A program made the translations under genes and the position numbers. Shown here in pieces: positions 40,006-50,288 of a DNA stretch of 64,000 nt (position 1 is its first letter; each line of letters starts with the position of its first letter). The notes below the pieces were generated by a model. That model made no database searches and was not told the DNA's origin. It was given only the letters and a program-made list of their open reading frames with translations. This stretch comes from Polyangiales bacterium. Its GTDB lineage: Bacteria > Myxococcota_A > Polyangia > Polyangiales > CBDCBC01. The stretch spans positions 12,917 to 76,916 of the forward strand of contig JBGAKI010000001.1 in assembly GCA_044224525.1 (NCBI GenBank), read 5' to 3'.

Positions 40006-41451
40006 ATGTCTTACGAGTCACCCGCAGACACACCTCTGTCAAACCAAGCGCCTAGCGTAGTCGTTATTGGCGCTGGCATTTCTGGGCTCAGCGCTGCGTA
40101 CACAATCACACAAACCTTGCCACACGTTCACGTTCATGTGCTTGAAGGTCAAACGCGTGCAGGGGGCTGGGTGCACACAGAACGCGACGACCATCATGTG
40201 ATCGAGCACGGTCCTGATTCGCTTGTGACCGATGATGCCGAGGTATTTGATTTTGTGCGCGAGCTTGGGTTAATGCCCAGCGTTGTGCCCACCAACGCTG
40301 GCATGCGGCGGCTTTACGTAGTCATCAACAAGACCCTCAAACGCGTGCCTGCGGGCTATCATATGGTCGCTCCCAAACAGTTGCCGGGTTTTTTGTCGAG
40401 CGACGTGCTGAGCCTGGGCGCCAAATTGCGCGCCATTGCTGAACCCTTCATCTCGCATAAAGAGATGCTATCAGCTGCCGATGAAAGTGTCGCGAGCTAC
40501 TTGATCGACCGCATGGGTTTAGAACTATACAAGACCTTATCTGAACCGATGATTCGCGGCGTTTATGGTGGTGATCCACGCACCCTTAGCTTGAAAGCCA
40601 TCTTTCCCGACTACGCGCAGCTTCGCGATCGTAAACAAAGTCTTTTGCGTTCGATGTTAAAAACCGAACGCTCAACAGCACACGCCGCGACGGGTGCCAA
40701 CTATGGAAAGTTCATTAGTTTTCGCGCGGGCATGGCAGAATTGATCGAAGCCTTAACGACCCGTCTTGCACGTAACCTTCGTTACGAACAACAGATCGAG
40801 CAAATCGAATACAGCTCAAGCGCGCGCTCATGGAAAGTCCATCTAAACAACGGGCAAACGCTGCACGCGCATGGTCTTGTAGTGGCCACATCAGCTTTTA
40901 CGGCCGCGAATTTGTTAGCGCCTCATGCCCGCGCGTTAAGCGAGCATCTAAACGCCATACCTTACGGCTCGATGCTTGCGGTCAGTTATCTGTATAACAA
41001 CGATGCATTAGATCGTGCGCTTGATGCATTCGGGTTCATTGTGCCCAAGGCCGAAAACCTGCATCTGCTTGCCTCCACCTGGTCAAGTGTGAAATACGCA
41101 GGCCGCGCCGCGCTCCAAGAAAGTTTGTTGCGCGTTTATTTATCCGACCGCGAAAACGAGGCAACGTCGTTATATGACATGAATGATGAGGCCATTGAGG
41201 CACTTGCGCGCAAAGAGCTGAACATGATCATTAACACGCGTGGTGAACCACTACGAAAGCGTGTACTGCGATTTGTCAAAGCCATGCCCCAATATACACT
41301 TGGACATGTCGAACGCGTGCAAGCGATTCATCGCGAACTAGAGGCTTTTCCAACCTTAAAGCTATGTGGCAATGCCTATGAAGGCGTAGGCATTGCAGCA
41401 TCCATTAAACTCGCGCGCCGCGAGGCCAAGGCGCTTTGTGCATCGCTTTAG
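40006..41451 (+). CDS. hemY: Protoporphyrinogen/coproporphyrinogen oxidase (HemY)
   Basis: IGAGISGLSAA, EHGPDS, AMPQYTLGH, GNAYEGVGI; follows hemE. Confidence 0.92.
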   Translation: MSYESPADTPLSNQAPSVVVIGAGISGLSAAYTITQTLPHVHVHVLEGQTRAGGWVHTERDDHHVIEHGPDSLVTDDAEVFDFVRELGLMPSVVPTNAGMRRLYVVINKTLKRVPAGYHMVAPKQLPGFLSSDVLSLGAKLRAIAEPFISHKEMLSAADESVASYLIDRMGLELYKTLSEPMIRGVYGGDPRTLSLKAIFPDYAQLRDRKQSLLRSMLKTERSTAHAATGANYGKFISFRAGMAELIEALTTRLARNLRYEQQIEQIEYSSSARSWKVHLNNGQTLHAHGLVVATSAFTAANLLAPHARALSEHLNAIPYGSMLAVSYLYNNDALDRALDAFGFIVPKAENLHLLASTWSSVKYAGRAALQESLLRVYLSDRENEATSLYDMNDEAIEALARKELNMIINTRGEPLRKRVLRFVKAMPQYTLGHVERVQAIHRELEAFPTLKLCGNAYEGVGIAASIKLARREAKALCASL

Positions 41452-41612
41452 AGCAAAGAGAAATTGAGTTGAGGTGGTCTGGGGGAGGTCAAACAGTAGC
41501 GAACGATTCGCGAAGCCGAAGGCGTAGCGCATCCGCGGCGCGTAGCGGCGCGACAACGAGCGAGCGGGTTTGGCCTGCCCAGACCACCTCAACTCAACTT
41601 CTCTTTGCTCTA
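41449..41612. mobile_element. MITE-like element, 164 bp with ~45-bp near-perfect terminal inverted repeats
   Basis: tagagcaaagagaa(a/g)ttgagttgaggtggtctggg arms; leading TAG is the hemY stop. Confidence 0.8.
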
Positions 41613-41631
41613 CACCAGGCGTAGCTGCCGC

Positions 41632-41667
41632 AAAAAAAAAGGCCCGCTCTGTGCAGAGCAGGCCTTT
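41632..41667 (-). terminator. Intrinsic terminator after atpE
   Basis: aggcctgctctgcacagagcgggcct hairpin followed by a T run on the minus strand. Confidence 0.8.
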
Positions 41668-41685
41668 GGCTTTCGAGCGAGGCTA

Positions 41686-42018
41686 TTAACCTTTGAGCGA
41701 ACCAAAAATCAGGTACGACAAAGCGAACACCACAAGCACAAGTGACTCGATTAGCGCCAGACCCAAAATCAAAGGCGTCTTCATCTGATCAGCTGCCGAT
41801 GGGTTACGTGCAATGCCCTCAAGCGCTGCGGCTGCAGCTTTGCCCTGGCCAAGTGCACCACCTACAGCTGCGATGGCCACTGCCAAACCCGCTGCAAGAT
41901 AGCCATATCCTTTGGCATCAAACTCATTTGCACCAGCACCTGCTTCTTGTGCAAAACCCGTTGCCGAAACCAATAGCGGAGCAAAAAAGCCCACTAACTT
42001 TACCAACTTTGTTTTCAT
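41686..42018 (-). CDS. atpE: ATP synthase F0 subunit c with N-terminal extension
   Basis: GGALGQG...IARNP...LALIESL; GAGG RBS before ATG 42018. Confidence 0.95.
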   Translation of the reverse strand: MKTKLVKLVGFFAPLLVSATGFAQEAGAGANEFDAKGYGYLAAGLAVAIAAVGGALGQGKAAAAALEGIARNPSAADQMKTPLILGLALIESLVLVVFALSYLIFGSLKG

Positions 42019-42081
42019 TTTTTTTGCCTCCTCAATCTGTCCAAAACAAGTGTCCAGGCCTCTGCCCAACACATTAACTTC

Positions 42082-42882
42082 TCAATGCGACTCGTGCTCA
42101 ACAGCCATGCCGATATACATCGTCGACAAGATACAAAACACGAAGGTTTGTAAGACACATACAAAGAGCCCAAACGCCATGAGCACGCTGAGCACCGGGA
42201 TATAAGAGTAGGGTCCCAGAATAGAAAAGAAGCTGCCAAGCACAAGATGATCAGCATACATGTTGATCAGCAAACGCATCGACAAAGAAAGCGGCCGAAT
42301 CAAATGGCTGGCAATCTCGATCAAAAGCAAGAGTGGCGCAAGCCACCACACGGGACCCAAAAAATGCTTAAAATAAGCCGCGCCATGTTCCTTCACACCA
42401 AAGATATGTGTGGCCAAAAATATCACCAGGGCCATCGCGAGGTTGGTGTTGAGGTTATCGGTGGGCGGCGTGAACCCAGGAATCAAGCCGAGCAGATTCG
42501 AAAACAAGATGATGAATCCGCAGGTGCCAATCAAAGGTAGAAAATAACGTGCCGCTTTTTTCCCCATGATGCCCGCCATCATATCAAACACGTTGGTGGC
42601 CAAGAGTTCGACCGTGGTTGCGGTGGTGAGCTTATCTTGCGGAATGATCGCCGTCTTTGTATTGCGCAGCCAGCGATATGACACAAGCGCCATGACGGTA
42701 ATTAAAAAGCACACAAGCAGCGCGCTTAACACGTGTGTGATGTCGACCGATGTGCCCTCGATCCATGTTCCGTCCTCACTGACAAGTTTGGTGGCCGAAT
42801 CCGCAAGCTGAGTGAGCCATGCGTAAAACGCCGGAGCGTGTTTTTTCAATAAGACTGTGAGCCAAGTTTCACCGTGGGGCAT
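42082..42882 (-). CDS. atpB: ATP synthase F0 subunit a
   Basis: NLLGLIPGF, RPLSLSMRL, LQTFVFCILSTMYI. Confidence 0.96.
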   Translation of the reverse strand: MPHGETWLTVLLKKHAPAFYAWLTQLADSATKLVSEDGTWIEGTSVDITHVLSALLVCFLITVMALVSYRWLRNTKTAIIPQDKLTTATTVELLATNVFDMMAGIMGKKAARYFLPLIGTCGFIILFSNLLGLIPGFTPPTDNLNTNLAMALVIFLATHIFGVKEHGAAYFKHFLGPVWWLAPLLLLIEIASHLIRPLSLSMRLLINMYADHLVLGSFFSILGPYSYIPVLSVLMAFGLFVCVLQTFVFCILSTMYIGMAVEHESH

Positions 42883-42895
42883 TCGTTACCTCGCG

Positions 42896-43261
42896 TTACC
42901 TTGATAGTTTAGCAATCAGCCCAATAGGCATGGTCGCAAGACCCAAAAAAAAGCCTGTGGGATTAAGTTTAAGGATGCCAAGACCGAGCCATGGCAGCAC
43001 AATCAACGTCGCCACACGCGCCACGGTGTATCCACCCAGCTTCCACGCGGCAGTCTGGCGACCGACCAATCCATCGACCCATTGCCCCGTAAGCCCAAGC
43101 TCGATCAGCCCAACCATGCTCCCAAACGCCGCCGCCAGCGCCACTGTGGGTAGGCCTGCCAACCAAAGGATGCTGGCAAGCGCCCAGCCCAAAAGCCCGA
43201 CAACCAGCAAAAGCATGGGTACCGCCGAAGGCGTATGCATTCTTTGAAGCGATAGGTTCAC
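42896..43261 (-). CDS. AtpI-like membrane protein
   Basis: Four hydrophobic segments, directly upstream of atpB. Confidence 0.65.
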   Translation of the reverse strand: MNLSLQRMHTPSAVPMLLLVVGLLGWALASILWLAGLPTVALAAAFGSMVGLIELGLTGQWVDGLVGRQTAAWKLGGYTVARVATLIVLPWLGLGILKLNPTGFFLGLATMPIGLIAKLSR

Positions 43262-43405
43262 AGGAAGTTCAGTACGGGGTTAGACAAAAAAGCGGCTTTC
43301 AAAACGGCGTTTTTTGCGTGTTTAACGTAAACCCAAAACCCGGGCTTACGGCGCAGGCTGTAGCATTAAGGCCCCCAAGGTCAAGCTGCCAAGCCGTCGC
43401 CCGGC

Positions 43406-44317
43406 TTAAGACCGCTTACCGCCAAGTGGGTGCGCCTTGCTATAAACTTCCTTAAGCTGATCAAGCCCCAAATGCGTATAACGCTGCGTGGTCGACAGTT
43501 TGGCGTGACCGAGCAGCTCTTGAATGGATCGCAAATCAGCCCCTGCTTCAAGCAAGTGTGTTGCACAGCTATGTCGTAGGGCATGGGGATGTAAGCGCGC
43601 TTCAGGTGTGGCAAGCATGCCGTATTTGCGTACGATATTTTGCACCTGCCGCGGCGAAATGCGTCGACCCTGGGCGCTAAAAAACACAGCATCGTCAAAA
43701 CGCGCGCTGGGTCGTGCTCGCAAATAGCCCATCAACGTTTCACACGCCTTGGAGCCAAGCGGCACCATGCGTTCCTTATGACCTTTTCCAAGCACACGAG
43801 CGCGTCGGCTCGCAAAATCAATATCGCCGACATTAAGTCCGCAGAGTTCAGCAAGGCGAATGCCTGTTCCATAGAGCAGTTCCAAAATCGCGCGGTTGCG
43901 TTCACTTAGATGCACTTGCCGCGCATCGCTTGAGTCATGGGCGCGTGGTGCACTCATTAGTTGCTCGGCACTCGCGGCGCTCAAATAGCGAGGCAGCATC
44001 ACGGGCAGTTTGGCCGAGCGCAACGCTTGCGCTGGGTTGTGTTTGATTAAGCCTTGGCGTTCGAGGTAGCGAAAGAATGTTCGTGTGGCTGCAAGTTTTC
44101 GCGCTCGGCTGGTCGCGGTGTGCGAGCTAAAGATCGACGCAAAGAACGAGCGAAGTGCTTGGGGTGTAAGGTCGTGCCATTCGCTCACGTTCTTTTGTGC
44201 GTTCAAGTAGGCATCGAGCGCATGCAAATCGCGTTCATAGGCATGAGCCGTATGCGCAGACAACCGTCGCTCATGTCGCAGGTGCTTGATAAACGAGTCT
44301 ATTTGTCGCGCCCGCAT
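43406..44317 (-). CDS. xerC: Tyrosine recombinase XerC
   Basis: LELLYGTGIRLAEL, GKGHKER, HPHALRHSCATHLL, LGHAKLSTTQRY; topA-trmFO-xerC synteny. Confidence 0.92.
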   Translation of the reverse strand: MRARQIDSFIKHLRHERRLSAHTAHAYERDLHALDAYLNAQKNVSEWHDLTPQALRSFFASIFSSHTATSRARKLAATRTFFRYLERQGLIKHNPAQALRSAKLPVMLPRYLSAASAEQLMSAPRAHDSSDARQVHLSERNRAILELLYGTGIRLAELCGLNVGDIDFASRRARVLGKGHKERMVPLGSKACETLMGYLRARPSARFDDAVFFSAQGRRISPRQVQNIVRKYGMLATPEARLHPHALRHSCATHLLEAGADLRSIQELLGHAKLSTTQRYTHLGLDQLKEVYSKAHPLGGKRS

Positions 44318-44394
44318 TCTTTAAGCCTGCCATGACGCCGATATTGCAACAAGTTTTTGCGGCCAAAACGCTGGTGAAGCGTTTGTAGTCTGTT

Positions 44395-45366
44395 ATGATT
44401 AATGAGTTGCGGCTTAAGAGGGCACCCTTGTTTTTCCATTCGTCGACTGTCGTCAATGTGTTAGTCGTTCTGTGCATTCATTGGGTTGCATGTGGTCGTG
44501 TGGGCTTTAAGCCACCACCTCTCAAAGGCCCAAGCCCGGGCGTAACCGATGGATCGGTGGCGGCGAGCTGCCTTGATAAGATACTCAACCAAAACGAAGA
44601 GCAAGTGGATTGCGGCGGCGATTGTCCGCCGTGTGCGAACGCCACAAGCTGTTCCGATTTGCTTGCAAAACGACCGAACGCAACGAGCCAAGTTTACGAG
44701 CTCGATATTGATGGTGAGTCTGGTTTACTTGCTCCCTTCTTCGCTTATTGTGAGATGGTTGCAGATGGCGGCGGTTGGACGCTGATAGCAAAAATGGATG
44801 GAGCCAAACAAACGTTCGCATATGACGGCGTGGCATGGACCGACGACAATACTATCAACGAGACGCTGCCTGACCTTGACGACAACGAAGCCAAACTCCG
44901 ATCCTACGCTGTACTACCCTTTAACGACATCCGACTGGGCATGAAAGTAAATGGGGTGCCGCATTGGATTGTGCTTACGGCGTCTCAACTTAGTGGTGCA
45001 GGGGTTGCGCCGTTTTCATCATTCGGTGCATTGATGAGGCTCGGCACCAACGTCGCCACCGCGATTGGACGTGCGCAATGGTTAACATTAATCGGTGCAT
45101 CCGCCATCCAGCTCAACTGTAACCGCGAGGGTTTTAACGTCAACGCCGACAACCAAGGCCACCCTCGCGTGCGTATTGGCATCCTTGGCAATAACGAAAC
45201 GGATTGCATAGCCCCCGATTCGTTTCTTGGCTTTGGCGGTCAAACAGGCCCGTTTACATCGCCCGCGGCCATGTTTGACACGGTTGTTGGTAACGGTGCA
45301 GTGTACAACTCGGCGGGTGGCGGTGACCGCAACACCTACGCCATTGGCTACATCATGGTGCGCTAA
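44395..45366 (+). CDS. Fibrinogen-like (YCxxxxxGGGW) domain lipoprotein
   Basis: Lipobox [20 protein letters not shown]ys repeat, [13 protein letters not shown]. Confidence 0.8.
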   Translation: MINELRLKRAPLFFHSSTVVNVLVVLCIHWVACGRVGFKPPPLKGPSPGVTDGSVAASCLDKILNQNEEQVDCGGDCPPCANATSCSDLLAKRPNATSQVYELDIDGESGLLAPFFAYCEMVADGGGWTLIAKMDGAKQTFAYDGVAWTDDNTINETLPDLDDNEAKLRSYAVLPFNDIRLGMKVNGVPHWIVLTASQLSGAGVAPFSSFGALMRLGTNVATAIGRAQWLTLIGASAIQLNCNREGFNVNADNQGHPRVRIGILGNNETDCIAPDSFLGFGGQTGPFTSPAAMFDTVVGNGAVYNSAGGGDRNTYAIGYIMVR

Positions 45367-46721
45367 GGTGTGCTAGGCACCAACTCTTCGATGCCCGCTC
45401 GCCACCGCGTTTGGCTCATCCAGACGTTGTTCGCTTCAAGCGCGCGTTCGGCCATGCGCAAATAGCGGGTGCGTTTATCCAGGCGCTTGTGTGCGCCTTC
45501 AAGTGGCGCAAACATACTCCACAATATATTCGAGGGCTGAAAGTTATCGCGCACCGTGCGCAGATAACCATACAACGCGCCAAGGGCGCTGTTGGCAGCG
45601 GGCGCAAGAAACACGCCACGCTGAATTTTATGTGCAAGCCCAACGCCGACCACAAAACCACAGGCCGCGCTTTCAAGATAACCTTCAACGCCCGTGATTT
45701 GCCCAGCCAGGTGCACGTTGGCCTGTTGATTCAGCGCAAGTTCATCGTTGAGTGCAATGGGCGCATTCACAAACGTGTTGCGGTGCACAGTGCCAAAGCG
45801 CAAAAACTCGGCCTGTTCAAGACCAGGAATCAGCCCAAACACGCGCTTTTGTTCGGCGAACGTCATGCGTGTTTGGAAACCCACCATGTTAAACGCAGTC
45901 TGCGCCTGGTCCTCAGCACGCAATTGAACAACCGCGTGGGCCCAGCGTCCCGTACGCGGGTCGGTCAGGCCCACCGGCTTCATCGGCCCAAACGCCAAGG
46001 TTTGGGGTCCCCGTTCGGCCATCACCTCAACCGGCAAACAGCCTTCAAAATAACGTATCTCTTCAAATTCACGTGGTTTGACTTTGTCCGCTTTGATCAC
46101 TTCATTCACAAAGGTTTCGTATTGCGTCTGATCGAGTGGACAGTTGACATAGGCATCATCGCCGCCTTTGTCATAGCGACTGGCTCGAAACACTTTGTCC
46201 CAATCGATTGAATCTGCGCTAACCACCGGCGCAATGGCGTCGTAATATGCCAGATGGTCTTGGCCCACACATTGCGCAATACGATTAGCCAGCTGTTCAC
46301 TGGTCAAAGGTCCCGTCGCGATCACCATCGTACCGTCATAGGCAAGTGTGTTCACTTCTTCGGCACGCACGTCGATCAGGGGATGGGCTCGCAGGTTTCG
46401 AGTGACTTCCGCTGAAAAGGCCTCGCGATCGACCGCTAGCGCACCGCCCGCCGGCAAGCTGTGCTGATCGGCGCAGCGCATAATCAGCGAACCCGATCGA
46501 CGCATCTCTTCTTTAAGCAGTCCCACCGCGTTATGCAGCGCCGCGCCCCGAAACGAATTCGAGCACACAAGCTCGGCAAAATGATCTGTTTGTTGAGCGG
46601 GCGTGCGTTTAATAGGTTTTTGTTCAATAAGTTCGACGCGCAGCCCGCGCTCGGCCAGTTGCCAGGCGCACTCGCTACCGGCCAAACCCGCTCCAACCAC
46701 CCTGATCGCTTTTTTATTCAT
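45363..46721 (-). CDS. trmFO: Folate/FAD-dependent tRNA U54 methyltransferase
   Basis: [39 protein letters not shown]. Confidence 0.97.
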   Translation of the reverse strand: MNKKAIRVVGAGLAGSECAWQLAERGLRVELIEQKPIKRTPAQQTDHFAELVCSNSFRGAALHNAVGLLKEEMRRSGSLIMRCADQHSLPAGGALAVDREAFSAEVTRNLRAHPLIDVRAEEVNTLAYDGTMVIATGPLTSEQLANRIAQCVGQDHLAYYDAIAPVVSADSIDWDKVFRASRYDKGGDDAYVNCPLDQTQYETFVNEVIKADKVKPREFEEIRYFEGCLPVEVMAERGPQTLAFGPMKPVGLTDPRTGRWAHAVVQLRAEDQAQTAFNMVGFQTRMTFAEQKRVFGLIPGLEQAEFLRFGTVHRNTFVNAPIALNDELALNQQANVHLAGQITGVEGYLESAACGFVVGVGLAHKIQRGVFLAPAANSALGALYGYLRTVRDNFQPSNILWSMFAPLEGAHKRLDKRTRYLRMAERALEANNVWMSQTRWRAGIEELVPSTP

Positions 46722-46874
46722 GTTACACGCGTGGCGGAGTTGTAAGCGTTGTCACCGCTTCGTGCAAATCCTCGCCCCGTCCATTACGACAAAGTGACCT
46801 AGCCAACGCACTGCGCCTGCCTTGCACTGCCGCGCGGCATCAGGGATCGCGGAAGGTATCGACGCGCCGGCGTT

Positions 46875-47378
46875 CTAGCTTGCTGCTTGCGCGACGAGCA
46901 CTGGCTGATCAACAGGCGTCAATGTCGACTCAACAAACGACTTAAACTTCAGAAGATCGCGTTCAAAACTGCGCCTTAAACGATTGCCAATAAACCCAGT
47001 AATAAGGCTGGACACGATGCCATGAAGCTGTGCGTCGTAGCGCGCCAGCACAAGCGTGTGATCCGGTTGGTGATACAGTTCGAACTTCAAGAGATGCTCA
47101 CCTGCATCACTATGATCAGGGTCGCGCTCAATGCGAAAGCCAATATGGGTCGGGCTCTCCAGAAAAATCACAGCATACTCGTCCGCAAAAATCTTTGAGC
47201 CGACCTTACCAATGCACGTGAACATCGTTCCCACACTCACTTTGCCCGGCGTCACCTTTTCCACAGCGTCCACGTTGTGTACCCAATGCTTGAAGCTTTC
47301 AACATCGGTGATTGCCGCAAAGATCTGCTCAAGGGGTGCGCTGATTCGAGATGCCGAGACAAAAGATATATGTGCCAT
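46875..47378 (-). CDS. SRPBCC/START-like family protein
   Basis: ISAPLEQIFAAITD...W N-terminus and C-terminal DLLKFKSFVE helix. Confidence 0.8.
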   Translation of the reverse strand: MAHISFVSASRISAPLEQIFAAITDVESFKHWVHNVDAVEKVTPGKVSVGTMFTCIGKVGSKIFADEYAVIFLESPTHIGFRIERDPDHSDAGEHLLKFELYHQPDHTLVLARYDAQLHGIVSSLITGFIGNRLRRSFERDLLKFKSFVESTLTPVDQPVLVAQAAS

Positions 47379-47638
47379 AACGATCTTAGAAAAACTCTAC
47401 ATTTGGGATCCACAAAGGGCAACTAAGCGACGTCGAAATTTAGTCGATATTTTTCATGTTTCAGCGGTGCGCCGAGGGATTTCCCTCGAGTTTTCTCAAA
47501 TCTGCCTTGTTTTCGCCATCGATCCTCGATGGATCACATATTGACCCTAGGATCACCCCGTGAGATACTCCCCGAGCGTTGGCTGCTGCTCATAATATCG
47601 AGTGTCAGCCAACCGTTCAGAAACAAGGAGAACGACCC

Positions 47639-48133
47639 ATGAAGAAACTAAGTGTTGTATTAAGCAGTTTGATCGCCGCCGCTACGTTAATCTCTGCTAC
47701 GCCCGCTGCGCATGCTGAGCACGGTTACGGTGCTGCAGGCTGCGGTTTGGGTTCGATGGTCTTCGGCAGCAAGCCAGGTCTTGTTCAGGTGCTTGCCGCA
47801 ACCACCAACGGCACGCTTGGTAGCCAGACATTCGGCATTACCACCGGCACCAGTAACTGCAAAGCCGCCGATCCAGGCATGGTCGGTGCTCAGGCTTTCA
47901 TTCAAACCAACCGTGAAGCGTTTGCGAAAGACGTATCGCGCGGCCGTGGCGAGACCATCAACAGCTTGAGCAAGCTTGCCGGTTGTGAAGACTCCAAGGC
48001 TGTCGGTAGCGTGCTCCAGAAAGAGTACAAGAGCATCTTCCCGACCTCAAACGCCAGCGACCAGTCAGTGAGCGAGTCAGCGGTCAAGACCCTGAAGAGC
48101 CACTCAGAGCTTTCCTGCCGCAAAGTAGGCTAA
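47639..48133 (+). CDS. DUF3015-like secreted protein
   Basis: GAAGCGLGS...ATTNGT...TFGITTGTSNC, SRGRGE; AGGAG RBS. Confidence 0.88.
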   Translation: MKKLSVVLSSLIAAATLISATPAAHAEHGYGAAGCGLGSMVFGSKPGLVQVLAATTNGTLGSQTFGITTGTSNCKAADPGMVGAQAFIQTNREAFAKDVSRGRGETINSLSKLAGCEDSKAVGSVLQKEYKSIFPTSNASDQSVSESAVKTLKSHSELSCRKVG

Positions 48134-48175
48134 ATCGCTCAGAAATAAAGTGCGTTTCACAACGCGCTTTACAAG

Positions 48176-48214
48176 AAGCGCTGGGTTGCTAAAAGCAACT
48201 CGGCGCTTTTTTTT
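48176..48214 (+). terminator. Intrinsic terminator between DUF3015 and DUF4105 genes
   Basis: aagcgctgggttgct-aaa-agcaactcggcgctt hairpin with T run. Confidence 0.75.
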
Positions 48215-48223
48215 GCTCTCTTT

Positions 48224-50242
48224 ATGACTCCAACCCACCGCACCATTCGTTCATCCCTCACGCTTAGCGGTTTTGTGTTCTTTGTGCTGACGGGTGGATG
48301 TGGCGCCTCAAATCTTTCCGCGCGCATGCCCCGCCAAAGCGTCGTGCCCGCCGAACACGACTATGTTGAGCACTTGGTCGCAGCGGCCAAGAAACGCCGC
48401 CTTGCGTTTTCAACGATGTGGCTGCGTCTAGGTCACTACAAAAAAAGCTCATATAGCGACGACTACACCAGCGAGGCAGACGGTGCGTTGTTCTTTATGG
48501 CCAAAGACGGCAAACACAACCCCGAGGCTGAGCTTACCGAAACCCTGCGTGGTTTTTTTCACGATCCATACGCTTACGACAAGAAACTCAAAGGCGCCGA
48601 AGCGTTCGGCGAGATTCAACATCCAGCCTGTCGTTTTCCAGCGCGCTTGGCGTATCTAACCGAACAGCTCGATATCGACATCGCACGCATCCCGGTGCAA
48701 GCGTGCCCCCGCCTGGCCAAGTTTTGGCAACAGATGAGCCCCAAATCAGCGAGCTTCATTTTTTCGTCTTATTACCTGAACAATCCGGCCTCGGCCTTTG
48801 GTCATGTGTTTTTACGCTTTAACAAAGCAGGCGACGCAGTCACCGGCGAGCGCCAAGAACTGCTCGACTATGGCATCGATTACTCGGCCGATGTCGACAC
48901 CGGCAACGCGATCATCTACGCCTTCAAAGGCATCTTTGGTTTTTTTCCCGGCACCTTCAAACAGATGCCTTTCTATTACAAAGTACGCGCCTACAACGAC
49001 TACGAGTCGCGCGACATGTGGGAGTACGAACTCAACCTTTCCCCCAAAGCGCTCGCCATGTTGGTCGCGCATATTTGGGAGCTTGGGTCGACGTATTTCG
49101 ATTATTACTACATCGATGAAAACTGCGCTTACCACGTGCTTGGTTTGGTAGAGGTTGCCGATCCGAAGCTTGATCTGTCGTCTAAACTTTCCGATCCCGT
49201 GATCCCCGCGCAAACCGTACAGATCCTGAGCGCCACACCTGGGTTGGTGAAACACATACGTTTTCGCCCCTCGCTGCGCAGTCAGTTTCGCGCCCGCGTC
49301 AAAGACTTAAATAGCGACGAGCTCGACATTGTCGATGAACTTGTCGAGGATCCGAACCACACGCTGCCCAGTGCGTGGTCGCTTGAAAAACAAGCGCGTG
49401 TGTTCGATGCCGCAGCAGATTTGGTCGACATCCTCTACGGAAAAAAACTCATTCATCACCAAAGTAAAGAAGCCGCCGAGCTTAAGCAGCGCTTACTTAA
49501 ACGTCGCGCAGCGCTCCTTGTCGCCACCGATGCACCCAAGGTGCCAGTGCCCTGGGACAAAGTGCCAAGCAAGGGTCATGGCGCGCGCCGTTTTGGGTTG
49601 GCCCCCGGGGCCGATTCGAAACACAACGGCTATCTGAGCATCGATTTTCGCTTGGCCTTACATGACTTGGCGGACCCCGCCGAAGGGTTTCCCGACCTAT
49701 CACAAATCGAATTCACCTCGGGTCGCCTGCGCATGGGCTTATGGAACGACACCTTCAAAGTGATGGTCGATGACGCAGCGTTTGTGCGCATTGTGTCATT
49801 GACCTCGATCGATCGCTTCGACCCGCAGTTTTCGTGGAAGTTCAGCGCCGGCGCCACCACCCTGCGCGACAAAAGTTGTGAGTGGTGTTTGGCTGGCAAC
49901 ATCGAAGGCGGCACCGGCTTAGCGCAAGCCTTCTTCAATAAAGGCGTGGTCGTCTATGCCACACTCGATGGTCAAGCACTCTATAGCCCCTCGATCGACA
50001 TGCTTGCTGGTTTTAGGCTCGGCGTCGGACCAGCAGGCGGACTGCGCTTAAAGCTCGACGACAACTTGATCATCCTGAGCTCAGCCAAGTGGCGCTGGAA
50101 CCCCGAGCAAGCGCAGCGCACCTGGTGGCAAGCAGACACCATCCTGCGCTACAGCCCAGTCTACGACTTTGCGCTCAGCCTCGAAGCACGCGCTTATCCG
50201 GGTTTACAAGAACTGCAACTCTTCGCACTCTTTTACCTATAA
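48224..50242 (+). CDS. DUF4105 / Lnb-like outer membrane protein
   Basis: CRFPAR, NNPASAFGHVFLR, YYYIDENCAY, C-terminal beta-barrel-like region. Confidence 0.85.
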   Translation: MTPTHRTIRSSLTLSGFVFFVLTGGCGASNLSARMPRQSVVPAEHDYVEHLVAAAKKRRLAFSTMWLRLGHYKKSSYSDDYTSEADGALFFMAKDGKHNPEAELTETLRGFFHDPYAYDKKLKGAEAFGEIQHPACRFPARLAYLTEQLDIDIARIPVQACPRLAKFWQQMSPKSASFIFSSYYLNNPASAFGHVFLRFNKAGDAVTGERQELLDYGIDYSADVDTGNAIIYAFKGIFGFFPGTFKQMPFYYKVRAYNDYESRDMWEYELNLSPKALAMLVAHIWELGSTYFDYYYIDENCAYHVLGLVEVADPKLDLSSKLSDPVIPAQTVQILSATPGLVKHIRFRPSLRSQFRARVKDLNSDELDIVDELVEDPNHTLPSAWSLEKQARVFDAAADLVDILYGKKLIHHQSKEAAELKQRLLKRRAALLVATDAPKVPVPWDKVPSKGHGARRFGLAPGADSKHNGYLSIDFRLALHDLADPAEGFPDLSQIEFTSGRLRMGLWNDTFKVMVDDAAFVRIVSLTSIDRFDPQFSWKFSAGATTLRDKSCEWCLAGNIEGGTGLAQAFFNKGVVVYATLDGQALYSPSIDMLAGFRLGVGPAGGLRLKLDDNLIILSSAKWRWNPEQAQRTWWQADTILRYSPVYDFALSLEARAYPGLQELQLFALFYL

Positions 50243-50288
50243 ATATCAACACGTTGTCTGAGAGTAGCGGACATGCTACACTTTCAAA

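Noticed and set aside
41686..43261. ATP synthase operon lacking atpF/H/A/G/D/C
   Set aside because: Split F0 a/c versus remaining subunits is normal in Myxococcota and related lineages
43406..44317. Tyrosine recombinase as a phage or island integrase
   Set aside because: Size, motifs and topA-trmFO synteny fit housekeeping XerC
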